From assembly GCA_019058445.1 (NCBI GenBank), contig JAHPZA010000010.1, positions 32,001-96,000 on the forward strand: 64,000 nt of DNA, in the 5' to 3' direction. The stretch's first letter is position 1, and the number at the start of each line of letters is the position of its first letter. The notes under the pieces are model-generated. The model was given only the letters and a program-made list of their open reading frames with translations, had not been told where the DNA came from and made no database searches. Shown in pieces: positions 11,001 to 20,656 of the stretch. Source of the DNA: Promethearchaeota archaeon. Its GTDB lineage: Archaea; Asgardarchaeota; Lokiarchaeia; Sigyniarchaeales; SOKP01. The position numbers and the translations under genes are program-made.

Positions 11001-11453
11001 TCAAAAAAGGCTCTTAAATCTATCTTCTGTTTTTAATTTTAAATCTCCAAGAGTATTATCTATTCTAGCATTAAATTTCTTGAAGAATTTCCCTTTCTTT
11101 GAAAAAATATCATTAATGGAATATCTATTTAAGAAGTTTTGAAGTATTTCGTATAGAAGTTTCTTGACTACATCAGAATCTGTTTCTTTTTCAATAATCG
11201 CATAAGCAAGTAGAGGTTGTATATTTTTATCATCTCCACCTGGCAACGCAATCATTTCACAATTACATACAAGTTTAAGAGATGCCAGACTAACTACGTT
11301 TATATCATCACCAAATACCTCTGAAGTGAAGCTCTCTAGAGCTGAGAGGAATCCTGCTCTTAAATCAGGTTCTAATACATCTGAGGATGAATAATATTTA
11401 GTTTCTATTAAACTGCGGTTCCCCAGATTAATACCACATTCAAGTATGGCCAT
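11001..11453 (-). CDS. Stand-alone longin/roadblock-like protein
   Basis: DLRAGFLSALESFTSEVFG helix and overall longin-like pattern. Confidence 0.6.
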   Translation of the reverse strand: MAILECGINLGNRSLIETKYYSSSDVLEPDLRAGFLSALESFTSEVFGDDINVVSLASLKLVCNCEMIALPGGDDKNIQPLLAYAIIEKETDSDVVKKLLYEILQNFLNRYSINDIFSKKGKFFKKFNARIDNTLGDLKLKTEDRFKSLF

Positions 11454-11536
11454 TTCGGCTTCTTTATTAATATATTTTTTGTTCTTTCTTTGATATGTAT
11501 ATGAATAATTTGATTATTTAATTTTTGTTTTTTTTC

Positions 11537-12406
11537 TTACTCTATATTCAATTGTTTCTTATATGTAATATAAGTATTTTGAAGTAAAAAACTGACTGTC
11601 ATAGGACCAACACCCCCAGGCACTGGAGTTATTTTACTACACTTGTCTATAACCCCATCAAAATCTACGTCACCACATAATTTACCATCAACTCTGTTTA
11701 TTCCAACATCGATAATAACTACGTTATCTTTTATTTTTTCTTTTGTTATAAAATTTGGACGTCCAACAGCAACAATTAAAATATCAGCATTCTTAATATA
11801 GCTGTTTATATCTCTGGTTGATGTATGGCATACTGAAACTGTAGCATTCCGCTTTAAAAGCATAAATATTAGTGGTTTACCTACTAAGTTAGAGCGATTA
11901 ATAATAGTAACATTTTTTCCTTTAATCTCAATATCATTATGTTCTAACAACGCAATTATCCCTTTAGGAGTACATGCTGCCATGGTTTCGTCATAATCAA
12001 AAAGCTTACCCCTATTGCAAGGATGAGAGCCATCAACATCCTTTATTGGTGATATCTGTTCAAGAAATTCAATAGTATGTTTCCTTAGGTGTTGAGGTAA
12101 CGGTAACTGTAATAAAATTCCATGGATGGATTTATCTTTATTTAATTTTCTTATATTCTTAATCAATTCATGCTTTGAAATATTTTCTACTAAATTAAGC
12201 ATCACAGACTCTATTCCAACGTAGGCTGATGTTTTATGCTTTATATTTACATAAATTTTTGAGGCTGGATCTTCACCAACTAAAATAGTAGCCAATTTTG
12301 GTCGGATTTTGAGAGTATTTGTTAAATCATGAATATTTGATTTTAATTCTAAATTTAATTTATCAGCTAATTTCTTTCCATCAAGAATTTTATCGTTGCT
12401 GAGCAT
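11537..12406 (-). CDS. folD: Methylenetetrahydrofolate dehydrogenase/cyclohydrolase
   Basis: ILDGKK, GILLQLPLP, KDVDG, CTPKGI, ITPVPGGVGPMT. Confidence 0.96.
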   Translation of the reverse strand: MLSNDKILDGKKLADKLNLELKSNIHDLTNTLKIRPKLATILVGEDPASKIYVNIKHKTSAYVGIESVMLNLVENISKHELIKNIRKLNKDKSIHGILLQLPLPQHLRKHTIEFLEQISPIKDVDGSHPCNRGKLFDYDETMAACTPKGIIALLEHNDIEIKGKNVTIINRSNLVGKPLIFMLLKRNATVSVCHTSTRDINSYIKNADILIVAVGRPNFITKEKIKDNVVIIDVGINRVDGKLCGDVDFDGVIDKCSKITPVPGGVGPMTVSFLLQNTYITYKKQLNIE

Positions 12407-12489
12407 TTTTAATCCTTTAAATGATTAATTTATTAAAAAGATAAATCGAAAATTGGAATAATACAATAATAAATAAAATTATAGAAATT

Positions 12490-13662
12490 TTATAGTCTTC
12501 TTTTTCTCCTAATAATAATAATTGCTACGGCTACTATACCTATAGCAACTAATAATCCGACTAATATCCAATAATTAAACTCTACCATAAAGATTTCCTC
12601 ATTCAATGATACTGAATCAGCATCAAGTAGGTTTATAATTTCAAGTGCGTAATAAGAATTTATCACTGAGGAATATTTCTGTTCATCCCCATCGTCAATA
12701 TCTTTAAAACCCCCATCTTTGAAGTTTTGACGATTCAAAATCCACTCTAAAGTCTCTTCTTCATTCTCTAGTTCACCGTCATCAATTAGAGAAATACCCA
12801 TTATGCAATAAAACGTGCTACTAATCATCGTATTTTCAGCATTATCATCGGGATAGTATCCACCATAGTTTTCTTCATCATTTTCGTTATCTTCATAAAA
12901 TGATTGAAGATAATCAATTGTAGAATCTTTACCAGCTAGTTCATCAACATCGTCAATCTCATCCATACTAAATATCGCATAATAGGTATTAAGAATAGTT
13001 GAGGATGAATCAATACTACCCCCATATCCACCATCACCATTATAACATGACCCAATCCAGTTTTTTGTTAATGTTTTATTAGCGTAATCCTTGTCGAGTA
13101 AATCATAGATTTTTAATGCAAAATATGTTGACGCCATAGTAGCGGAAGTTGACGTTTTTGAAGCAGCATAGCCACCACCATTCTGTAAAAGAGAATCTAC
13201 AAAAGTTCTAATTTTACTCTTTACTGATGAACTCACTTCGTAATCCTCATTAGTATCTTCTAATAGTTCCAAGGATTTCAAGAAAAAATAGAGTTTATAA
13301 ATATCGGGATCTCCACTATCAACTTCACCCTCGGCACTATCTTCCAATTCCTCAGTAAGGTCAGTTGTATTAATTTCTTTTGTAGTAACTTCAAAAGGAT
13401 TTTGTTCATTTTGAAAATACTCTTCTGTTTTTAATAAATTAAATTCTTCTAAAATCTCAAGAGCATAGGCAGTAGCATCTGCTAATACTTCATCATCATT
13501 ATCCACCGAATTTGAAAATCCCTCATCATGAATTTCACATTCATAGAGAAAATCAGTTATATAAGTTTTTCGTGGTTTAGCTAATACTGAAGGGATAATT
13601 GAAAAAGTGATAATAAAAACTAAGCTGAAAATTAGTAAAATTCGAATCTTCGAAGTTTTCAT
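12490..13662 (-). CDS. Secreted, membrane-anchored prenyltransferase/squalene-cyclase repeat (alpha-alpha barrel) protein
   Basis: Signal peptide; repeated GG(Y/F)...S(T)xxxTYYA motifs; C-terminal TM followed by RRKRRL. Confidence 0.7.
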   Translation of the reverse strand: MKTSKIRILLIFSLVFIITFSIIPSVLAKPRKTYITDFLYECEIHDEGFSNSVDNDDEVLADATAYALEILEEFNLLKTEEYFQNEQNPFEVTTKEINTTDLTEELEDSAEGEVDSGDPDIYKLYFFLKSLELLEDTNEDYEVSSSVKSKIRTFVDSLLQNGGGYAASKTSTSATMASTYFALKIYDLLDKDYANKTLTKNWIGSCYNGDGGYGGSIDSSSTILNTYYAIFSMDEIDDVDELAGKDSTIDYLQSFYEDNENDEENYGGYYPDDNAENTMISSTFYCIMGISLIDDGELENEEETLEWILNRQNFKDGGFKDIDDGDEQKYSSVINSYYALEIINLLDADSVSLNEEIFMVEFNYWILVGLLVAIGIVAVAIIIIRRKRRL

Positions 13663-13798
13663 TACAATTATCCTAGAGCTAATTATATTTATTTTTTTAA
13701 ATTTAACTTGGAATTAAAAATTATCGATAAAAATAAAATAATGAAGCATAGATTTTTGAATTGTAATAATCAAATTAGGATTTAAGATAATTTATCAA

Positions 13799-15340
13799 TT
13801 AACCTGAAAAAATCTCCGAAATATCTTTATAAAGAAGTTCTGGATTAACCTGAAATTCTTCATAAGAAACAAATAAGGCTTGAAAGCTTGGAAGAGACCC
13901 TAATATGGAAGCTCCATTAAAAATTGCATATTGAAGATTATCTGGGATATAAAAATTAATAACTTTACTTGATGTATCAAGATCCATAAATTCCGATGCA
14001 ACTGCAGTTTTATTAATTACATCATCCATATTTTTCGTTGTCTCCAATGCATCTATTAGTGAACCACAATATGGACAAAATCGAGAAGTATCATCTTTTA
14101 TTTGTTTCATGCACTTAGGACATATCTTTTCAGATGGCGTCTTTTCTTTCTTTTCCGTTTTTCCGCTTAAATCTAAAGATATTTGGGGTGGTTTCATTTC
14201 GGCACCACATTCAGGACAATTCATTTTTCCATCAGCTAAATTTACTAAAGCTCCACATTGAGGACATGTATCTATTGATTTCATCATCCCCTCTAAAGCT
14301 TTAAGAGATTCAGATTCGGATTCATTCCTTTCTTTTTTTTTTCGGGGTTTAGGAATAGAGCCTAATTGTGGTAGTAAAGCATTTAATTCATGTCTTAATC
14401 TTTCTTCAAATCCGTTATACGATAAATTACCTCCAGACAAGACGATGTGACCCAATAATTCCGCCCAATGTTCATTACTTAACATTTGTAAACAATTAAT
14501 AATTGATTGTGGAATGCTCATTATATTGTAACCTAGCATAGAAGGTTGAAACATAACTTCTGGAGCTTCATAAAAAATATGGTTGGGAATTTCTTTAACC
14601 GATCCATCAGGCATAGGATATGTAAAAGTATCTGTTGCCTTAGGGGGATTTGCTGGATCTAATACAAAATAACAATTTTTTTCTTTAATTTCTTTTATTA
14701 TCTCTTCTGCTGCGCTGGATTCGATATTAATCCCTTCTCTCATTAAGAGAGATTTTAAATTATGATTAACATCTACTCCTGCAAGATTTAATTTTTGGAC
14801 AGCTTGATGATGAATAAGACCATTTATTATCGGAACAATCCATGACACCCCATCTCCACTTTCAATAACTAAACCAGTAGTAAGACCCACTGAAAAGCTA
14901 GAAAGTATAGGAGATTGCATCATTATTAAAGAATGTACCCTATGTGTTTCAAATAAGACTCTTGCGATATATTCTTTTGTTTCTCTTGGAACGAATGGAT
15001 GCTCAACATATATAATTGGATATTTTGAAAGGTCTTCAATTCTTAGGAGGGTATAAAAAATATGATTTAAAATTTCATAATAATCATTCCAATCCATAAT
15101 GTTTCCTCTCTGTATCGGATAGTTGACTTTTAGAACTCCCCGCATCCTCATCGCATCGTTGCCAACATAGACTTCCCTAGCACCTACATCCACCATAACG
15201 GATTTATATTTTTCTGTACCAGTTAAACATGGAAACACAAATCGCGGGCTCGGTTCACCAGCAAAACCAACTTTAACATACGCACTCCCGATATCTATAA
15301 TAATTGGTGTTCCTGGAAGAGGTATCGCATACATCATCAA
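13799..15340 (-). CDS. Actin-family protein (Asgard actin-related) with a double zinc-ribbon insertion
   Basis: IDIGSAYVKVGFAGEPSPRFVFP, YPIQRG, TTGLVIESGDGVS, MPDG, PEVMFQPS, IVLSGG, GASILGSL; four CxxC motifs inserted near the C-terminus. Confidence 0.92.
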   Translation of the reverse strand: MMMYAIPLPGTPIIIDIGSAYVKVGFAGEPSPRFVFPCLTGTEKYKSVMVDVGAREVYVGNDAMRMRGVLKVNYPIQRGNIMDWNDYYEILNHIFYTLLRIEDLSKYPIIYVEHPFVPRETKEYIARVLFETHRVHSLIMMQSPILSSFSVGLTTGLVIESGDGVSWIVPIINGLIHHQAVQKLNLAGVDVNHNLKSLLMREGINIESSAAEEIIKEIKEKNCYFVLDPANPPKATDTFTYPMPDGSVKEIPNHIFYEAPEVMFQPSMLGYNIMSIPQSIINCLQMLSNEHWAELLGHIVLSGGNLSYNGFEERLRHELNALLPQLGSIPKPRKKKERNESESESLKALEGMMKSIDTCPQCGALVNLADGKMNCPECGAEMKPPQISLDLSGKTEKKEKTPSEKICPKCMKQIKDDTSRFCPYCGSLIDALETTKNMDDVINKTAVASEFMDLDTSSKVINFYIPDNLQYAIFNGASILGSLPSFQALFVSYEEFQVNPELLYKDISEIFSG

Positions 15341-15449
15341 ATTTTTCTTTTATAGTTTTGTTGTTCTTTAAAAAAAATAATATGGTTTTTTCTAATTAAT
15401 TTTATTTTTTTATTCTTTTCTTTATTAATTAAAATTTATTAATTAAAAT

Positions 15450-15890
15450 TTATACTTGCTTTAAATATTCAAGGAGTTTTTTTAAAATCATTTTTTCCAA
15501 TACTAGTCCAATTAATTCATTACTTCTATCTTTAACTACAGGTAATCGTTCGATATTATTTTCGAACATTATTTCTAAGGCCTTCTTTATCGTGTCATTT
15601 TCTGTTACTGTGTATGGTTCAGGAGTCATTAGATTTTTAACTATAGTATTTGACGATTCTAAACTAATCGCAAATCTTGCTAATCTTATATCTCTTTGCG
15701 TGATAATCCCAATAACTTCCTTTTTTTCATCAACGACAGGAAGTCCATTAACATTTTTTCTTAACATTAATAATTCGGTCTTCGAAATCTTCTCGTTGGG
15801 GGTGGTATAGAGGGGATTATAGACCATGATTTCAGACACTTTTATTTCACCGAAGCTTTTTAAGCAGTCTTCCCCCATGACATTAACCAT
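15450..15890 (-). CDS. CBS-pair domain protein
   Basis: LPVVD...IGIITQRDI and LPVV...IGLV. Confidence 0.88.
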   Translation of the reverse strand: MVNVMGEDCLKSFGEIKVSEIMVYNPLYTTPNEKISKTELLMLRKNVNGLPVVDEKKEVIGIITQRDIRLARFAISLESSNTIVKNLMTPEPYTVTENDTIKKALEIMFENNIERLPVVKDRSNELIGLVLEKMILKKLLEYLKQV

Positions 15891-15973
15891 TTAATAGAGA
15901 GTTATGTCCAAGTTAAAATTTCAAATTATAATGATTGAAGAACATAATCAATGTTAAAATTAAAATCTATTTA

Positions 15974-16354
15974 TCAGTTCATTTTTAAGTTATCTTTGAG
16001 CTTTTTTTCAATCTTTTCTATTTCTGATTGCAAATTAGTATAAGCTCTTAGAAGATGTTTACCAAATTCATTAAGTCGTACCCATCCACCTCCTCCACGT
16101 CCGCCTTTACCTGTATCAACTGGAGAAGCCCCAGTCCGTCTCTCAATTCTCTTTAAGATATTCCAAGCATATTTGTAAGAATAATTGCACTCTTTTGCTG
16201 CTTGAGTAAGAGAACTACTCTTATTTTCGTCAAGATTCTTTAATAAATTCGCCCATCCCGAACCTAAAATACTCTTATTTTCGTATTCTAACCAAAATTT
16301 TATACCAAAACCGATTTTTTTTTTCAAATCTTCAAGATCGGGTTCTCCTTCCAT
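15974..16354 (-). CDS. ModE-like winged-helix regulator
   Basis: SLTQAAKECNYSYKYAW...GGRGGG. Confidence 0.85.
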   Translation of the reverse strand: MEGEPDLEDLKKKIGFGIKFWLEYENKSILGSGWANLLKNLDENKSSSLTQAAKECNYSYKYAWNILKRIERRTGASPVDTGKGGRGGGGWVRLNEFGKHLLRAYTNLQSEIEKIEKKLKDNLKMN

Positions 16355-16452
16355 AAATAAAAATTGTTTTTGGAGTATATTAACTTTTATAATGAAAAAA
16401 CATTAAAATAAAGCCATTTTTATTCTTTTAAATATAAAAGGATTTAAAGCGC

Positions 16453-17202
16453 ATGGTCTTTTCAAGTAGAACGACTGTAAAAAATGGTAAAGAACTTATT
16501 AAGAACGTTTTTTATTTCCAAGAAGATGCGATGCTCGATTGCAACGTGTATTGTATAGTTGATCATGAAACTGATGAAATTGCTCTTTTTGATGCGGGTA
16601 ATGGGATATCCTTGAAAGCTTTAATTGAGGGTATGAAAAAATTTGATTTGCAATTTGAAAACATTACAAAAGTCCTATTAACTCACGAGCACGTGGATCA
16701 TGTTCTAGGAATTTATCCACTGACAAAAATTTTGAAAGATACTCCTCCACAAATTTATGCATATGGAAGAACTGCTGATATATTAAGGAATGGAGATGAA
16801 TCCCAAATATTTCCAAGAGGATTAGGGATTACTCCTAAAATGCTTGGACTGGAGATTGTCCCTCTAAATGTAATTGATTTAAAGGAGCATAAGGAATTTA
16901 AAATTAATTCTGAATTTACGTTCCAAATCCATTATACTCCAGGGCATTCAATTGGATCTGTTAGCTATTATGAGTCCTCTCAAAAACTATTGATCCCCGG
17001 GGATTTAGTGTTTTGTGGGGGATCTTTTGGAAGGTTTGATTTCCCCGGAAGTTCATTAACCAGTCTTCAAAAATCAATTAAGCAAGTAAATGATTTAGAT
17101 GTAAAATATCTTTTACCAGGACATATGAGTATAAGTGATAATGGAAATCAACAAATTCAACTTTCTTATAGAATGGTTATGTCTATTAGTGATTTTAGGT
17201 AA
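16453..17202 (+). CDS. Metallo-beta-lactamase-fold hydrolase
   Basis: THEHVDH, TPGHS, GD, PGH. Confidence 0.9.
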   Translation: MVFSSRTTVKNGKELIKNVFYFQEDAMLDCNVYCIVDHETDEIALFDAGNGISLKALIEGMKKFDLQFENITKVLLTHEHVDHVLGIYPLTKILKDTPPQIYAYGRTADILRNGDESQIFPRGLGITPKMLGLEIVPLNVIDLKEHKEFKINSEFTFQIHYTPGHSIGSVSYYESSQKLLIPGDLVFCGGSFGRFDFPGSSLTSLQKSIKQVNDLDVKYLLPGHMSISDNGNQQIQLSYRMVMSISDFR

Positions 17203-17218
17203 TATTATTCAAAAAAAA

Positions 17219-18579
17219 TTACTTTAGATAAACTTGAAATTCTGCTCTTCGTCTTTCTAAATGGGAAGGAAGAGTTCCAAAAAGAGAATATATCTTTAAT
17301 TGTTCAAATGTCATCCCAAATTTCTTTTTTATTATCCGAGTGCTGTGATTAGTAATATTTGAGTTTTTATAACCGAATCCTCCAAGATCTCTTATTAATT
17401 GAGCCACAGAATATCTTATATGATTTGATTCGTAATTTCGAATTAGATTGATTGCTTTTTTGAAATAATTTCTCATCCACCTGTCAAAGTTAATTCTAAC
17501 TGGAACTTCCAAAGATTGAATATATGTATTGAAATCGCATTTCTCAAAAAAATCCAGTCCCTCAATTAATTTAAACATTCGTTTATTCCATAAATTCTCT
17601 CCTGCATTATTTATTTCAAATTTCCTTCTAAGATATGACATACTTTGTTTAAAATCAAGATCCATCATTTCATTAAATAATTCTGGACCTAAATTTAAGT
17701 AAAATGCACCTGTCTTAGAGCCTATTATATTCTTAATTCCAAATAGTCCCTTAATTTGTTCTAGAAATTTGAAACTACCACTTGTAATTCTTGTAGCATC
17801 TTTAGTTCCATCCCCATCATAATATCCAAGCAAAAATGCTAGATATAATTTTCTTAATACTTGAAAAGAAATTCCTTTTTTTCTGAAATCTGGTAATTCA
17901 ATATTTTTTGATTTTTTTTTTCCTGGGATTAATCCCAGACTAATCAAAGGTTTTACTAAGTCATTATTTGAAATCCTCATACCAAATTCATAAGGTTTTT
18001 TTAATATTTTAGCTGTATTTTTATTCAACCTAACAATTCAGTAAGTCTTCTTACCGCAATTTCTTTTTCAACATGACGATTATCAGGTTTAGGTTTTATT
18101 GATTGAGAAAACTTTAGTCTATAAAATAGTATCTCAACTCCATTTTTATCAATATAAGTATCTATTTGAATAGATCCATCGGCAAACAAAAATCCAAGCC
18201 AATAAGCCTTTTCTAATGTGTTGATAATTCTGAAAAAGTCTTTTTGAAAATCTGGATGATTTTGATATACATTTCCAAATTTGTTTGATTTAAGATAAGT
18301 ATCTAAAAAGTCAGAAACCGTATTACTTATATATCCAAATTCTTGCCATAAATAATATTTATAATATTCTATTGTTTCTTTTAATAACACATGATTTGGA
18401 TTTTTTTTTATTTGTGCTTTAATATGTTTAATATGATTTTTCACCATGCCTAAATAAAGGTTTAAATCTCTGTTTGTTAATGTCCTATCTATTAAATTCC
18501 CATAATCATTTCTGACTAATTTTTTAAGGTCTTCATAAGGAACAAGTTTTTTAATCCACTCTCTTAAATCTTCAAACAA
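17219..18579 (-). pseudogene. LAGLIDADG homing-endonuclease-like gene split by a frameshift at ~18027, probably 5'-truncated
   Basis: Motif 1 AYWLGFLFADGSI is in ORF 18025..18579 and motif 2 AFLLGYYDGDGT is in ORF 17219..18028. The junction GGT-TGA-ATA is repaired by one extra T (LLGLNKN). Confidence 0.7.
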
Positions 18580-18602
18580 ATCAACTGTTTGATATTTATT
18601 AT

Positions 18603-19850
18603 ATGAATAATATGGAATATGAAGAAACCAAAGAGAAATTCAAAAGTTTTTTCATTCAAAATGGATGTGAAATTTTAGAGGAGAATGATGATAAGCTGGT
18701 TTTCAAATATTTGGCTGAAGGATTTTCATTTTCTTTTCAAGTGGACAGAGAAAATATTGAAGCTTATAATAATGTAAATTCAAGTTATAAAGTAAATCAT
18801 CCAACTGATTGTTCAATAATGAATGATAATTATAGAGAGGTATTAATTGATTTTACTACTTACAGGGATACACTTGACGAAAGGAGTGAGATATTCTTTG
18901 GAGATAAAGAGAATATTTACATAAGAATCGGCAGAGCTAGTAATAATTTTATGATTGCCTTCCTCCTAAACAAAAATCTGTTTAATTATAGCAAGCTTTT
19001 TACTACTCCTGAGGATGAAGAAGACCAAAATATTCTTGAATTTTATGATAGCCCTTTTACCATTAGTATCTATAATTTGAGTCAAAAAAATGAAGATGAA
19101 AGAATTAAATTTTCAGATAATATGTTCGAGACATGCCTGTTTCAACTCGCAAATTTTAAAAATATTTGCACAGAAATAATTATTGATTGGAATAAATATT
19201 ATGAGGAACTAGAAGTAGATTATGACTACGAAGATATTCTAGAACAGAAATTTGATTTGCCTAAAGTATTTTACAATAAAGATCTTATTAGATACTATAT
19301 ATTAGGGAAGAGTAGTGCCTTCAATACACATGAGTTTCTTGCGTTTTACCAAATTTTAGAATATTTTTTTATACAAGTGTCCGATGAAAATCTTTATGAG
19401 AAATTATCTTATGAAATTAAAGATCCTTCATTCAAACCAAAAGATCATTATTTAGCTAAATTGGTAAGAATTATGAAAGGTCATTCACGAAAAACTAATG
19501 AGACTGAAATGCTTAAGAATGTGTTAAAGAAGTTTACAGATTATGAGGATCTTAAAAAATTTATTGAAGATTATGAAGAAGAAATAGGGGAATATATCTA
19601 TACAAAAATTAATAAGATATTTGGAGAAGAAATGGTGGTAAATTTAGAAGAAGGTCATATTTATGGGAATATTGCTAAAATAATAAAAATAATCAGAAAT
19701 GCTTTGGTTCATTCCTCCGATATATATGGATATGAAAGACAAGAGCGATATATTCCATTCTCAGAAAGTGAAGAGATCGTCGAAAAACACATACCTTTAA
19801 TAAAATTTCTTGCAGAAAAGGTATTATTTGCAACTTCTCAATTTATTTGA
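18603..19850 (+). CDS. Putative HEPN-domain protein (ApeA/MauJ-like C-terminus)
   Basis: FLAFYQILEYFF helix and RNALVH (Rx4H) motif near the C-terminus. Confidence 0.6.
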   Translation: MNNMEYEETKEKFKSFFIQNGCEILEENDDKLVFKYLAEGFSFSFQVDRENIEAYNNVNSSYKVNHPTDCSIMNDNYREVLIDFTTYRDTLDERSEIFFGDKENIYIRIGRASNNFMIAFLLNKNLFNYSKLFTTPEDEEDQNILEFYDSPFTISIYNLSQKNEDERIKFSDNMFETCLFQLANFKNICTEIIIDWNKYYEELEVDYDYEDILEQKFDLPKVFYNKDLIRYYILGKSSAFNTHEFLAFYQILEYFFIQVSDENLYEKLSYEIKDPSFKPKDHYLAKLVRIMKGHSRKTNETEMLKNVLKKFTDYEDLKKFIEDYEEEIGEYIYTKINKIFGEEMVVNLEEGHIYGNIAKIIKIIRNALVHSSDIYGYERQERYIPFSESEEIVEKHIPLIKFLAEKVLFATSQFI

Positions 19851-20170
19851 TATGGCTGCAAATTTTTTTTAATATAGATAATTTATTTTTTTTAAAGGTA
19901 TAAATAGTTTCAATTTAAATAATGTCTTACTGATTTTCTATGATTTTAAAATCATGCGAAATCCAAAATTATATAATTCAAATGAATTATATTGAATTGG
20001 TTCACTATTTAGAAATCCAATTTTAAAGGCTTCCCTATATGATCCAGTTCGCACAAAGGGTGAAAACTAAATATTATTAATTATAATCTGAGTAATTGTT
20101 CAATAGCTATTTTTGCAGCATTTTTTCTTAATATTCTAATTTAAAGTAGTCTCTGTGAATATGGTGAATA

Positions 20171-20218
20171 TGGACCTGACGGGACTCGAAACTGTGACCT
20201 CTTGAGTGCAATTCTAGC
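20171..20218 (-). pseudogene. Degenerate 3' portion of tRNA-Ala(UGC), possible att-site remnant
   Basis: Minus strand CTAGA-AT-TGC-AC-TCAAG-AGGTC-ACAGT-TTCGAGT-CCCGT-CAGGTCC-A: anticodon arm with 1 mismatch, T-loop and acceptor 3' strand. No D arm or 5' acceptor strand upstream. Confidence 0.7.
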
Positions 20219-20656
20219 TTATTCATGTATATGCATATGTAAAAATTTTTTTTTCTCTCATATAATGCTATAATTAATCCCATCCCTTTTCACTATATAT
20301 CACTTAAATTTGCTTTATAATAAAAGATGGATGACCTTCCGACTATTATTCTTAGGTTTCTTAAAAATTAATAGGAAATAGAAATATACCTTGGATATGC
20401 TTTTGAAGAGATTGAGTATTAAAGTCTAATTTTGGTAGTTCCAATTACTTGTATGTTTGATTAATTTTCTGATAATATGGTTTAAAATTTAATTTTAAAG
20501 ATTGGTGGAAAATTTACTTATGCTCCAAAATGTTTTTGGACATAAATAGAGTTATATTTGTCAACTACTTGAATAGAATATATCCACAAATAAAGAAGAT
20601 TAAATTTATTTACAAATAAACAGTAAAATTAGATTAAATGAAGAATTATTATTATT

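Noticed and set aside
10971-11003. Readthrough of the longin gene TGA into KSLCQCDKI
   Set aside because: Short extension running into the next gene's start; no SECIS nearby.
18025-18027. TGA in the LAGLIDADG gene as possible Sec
   Set aside because: The frame closes 8 codons later, homology continues in another frame, and there is no SECIS. It is a frameshift.
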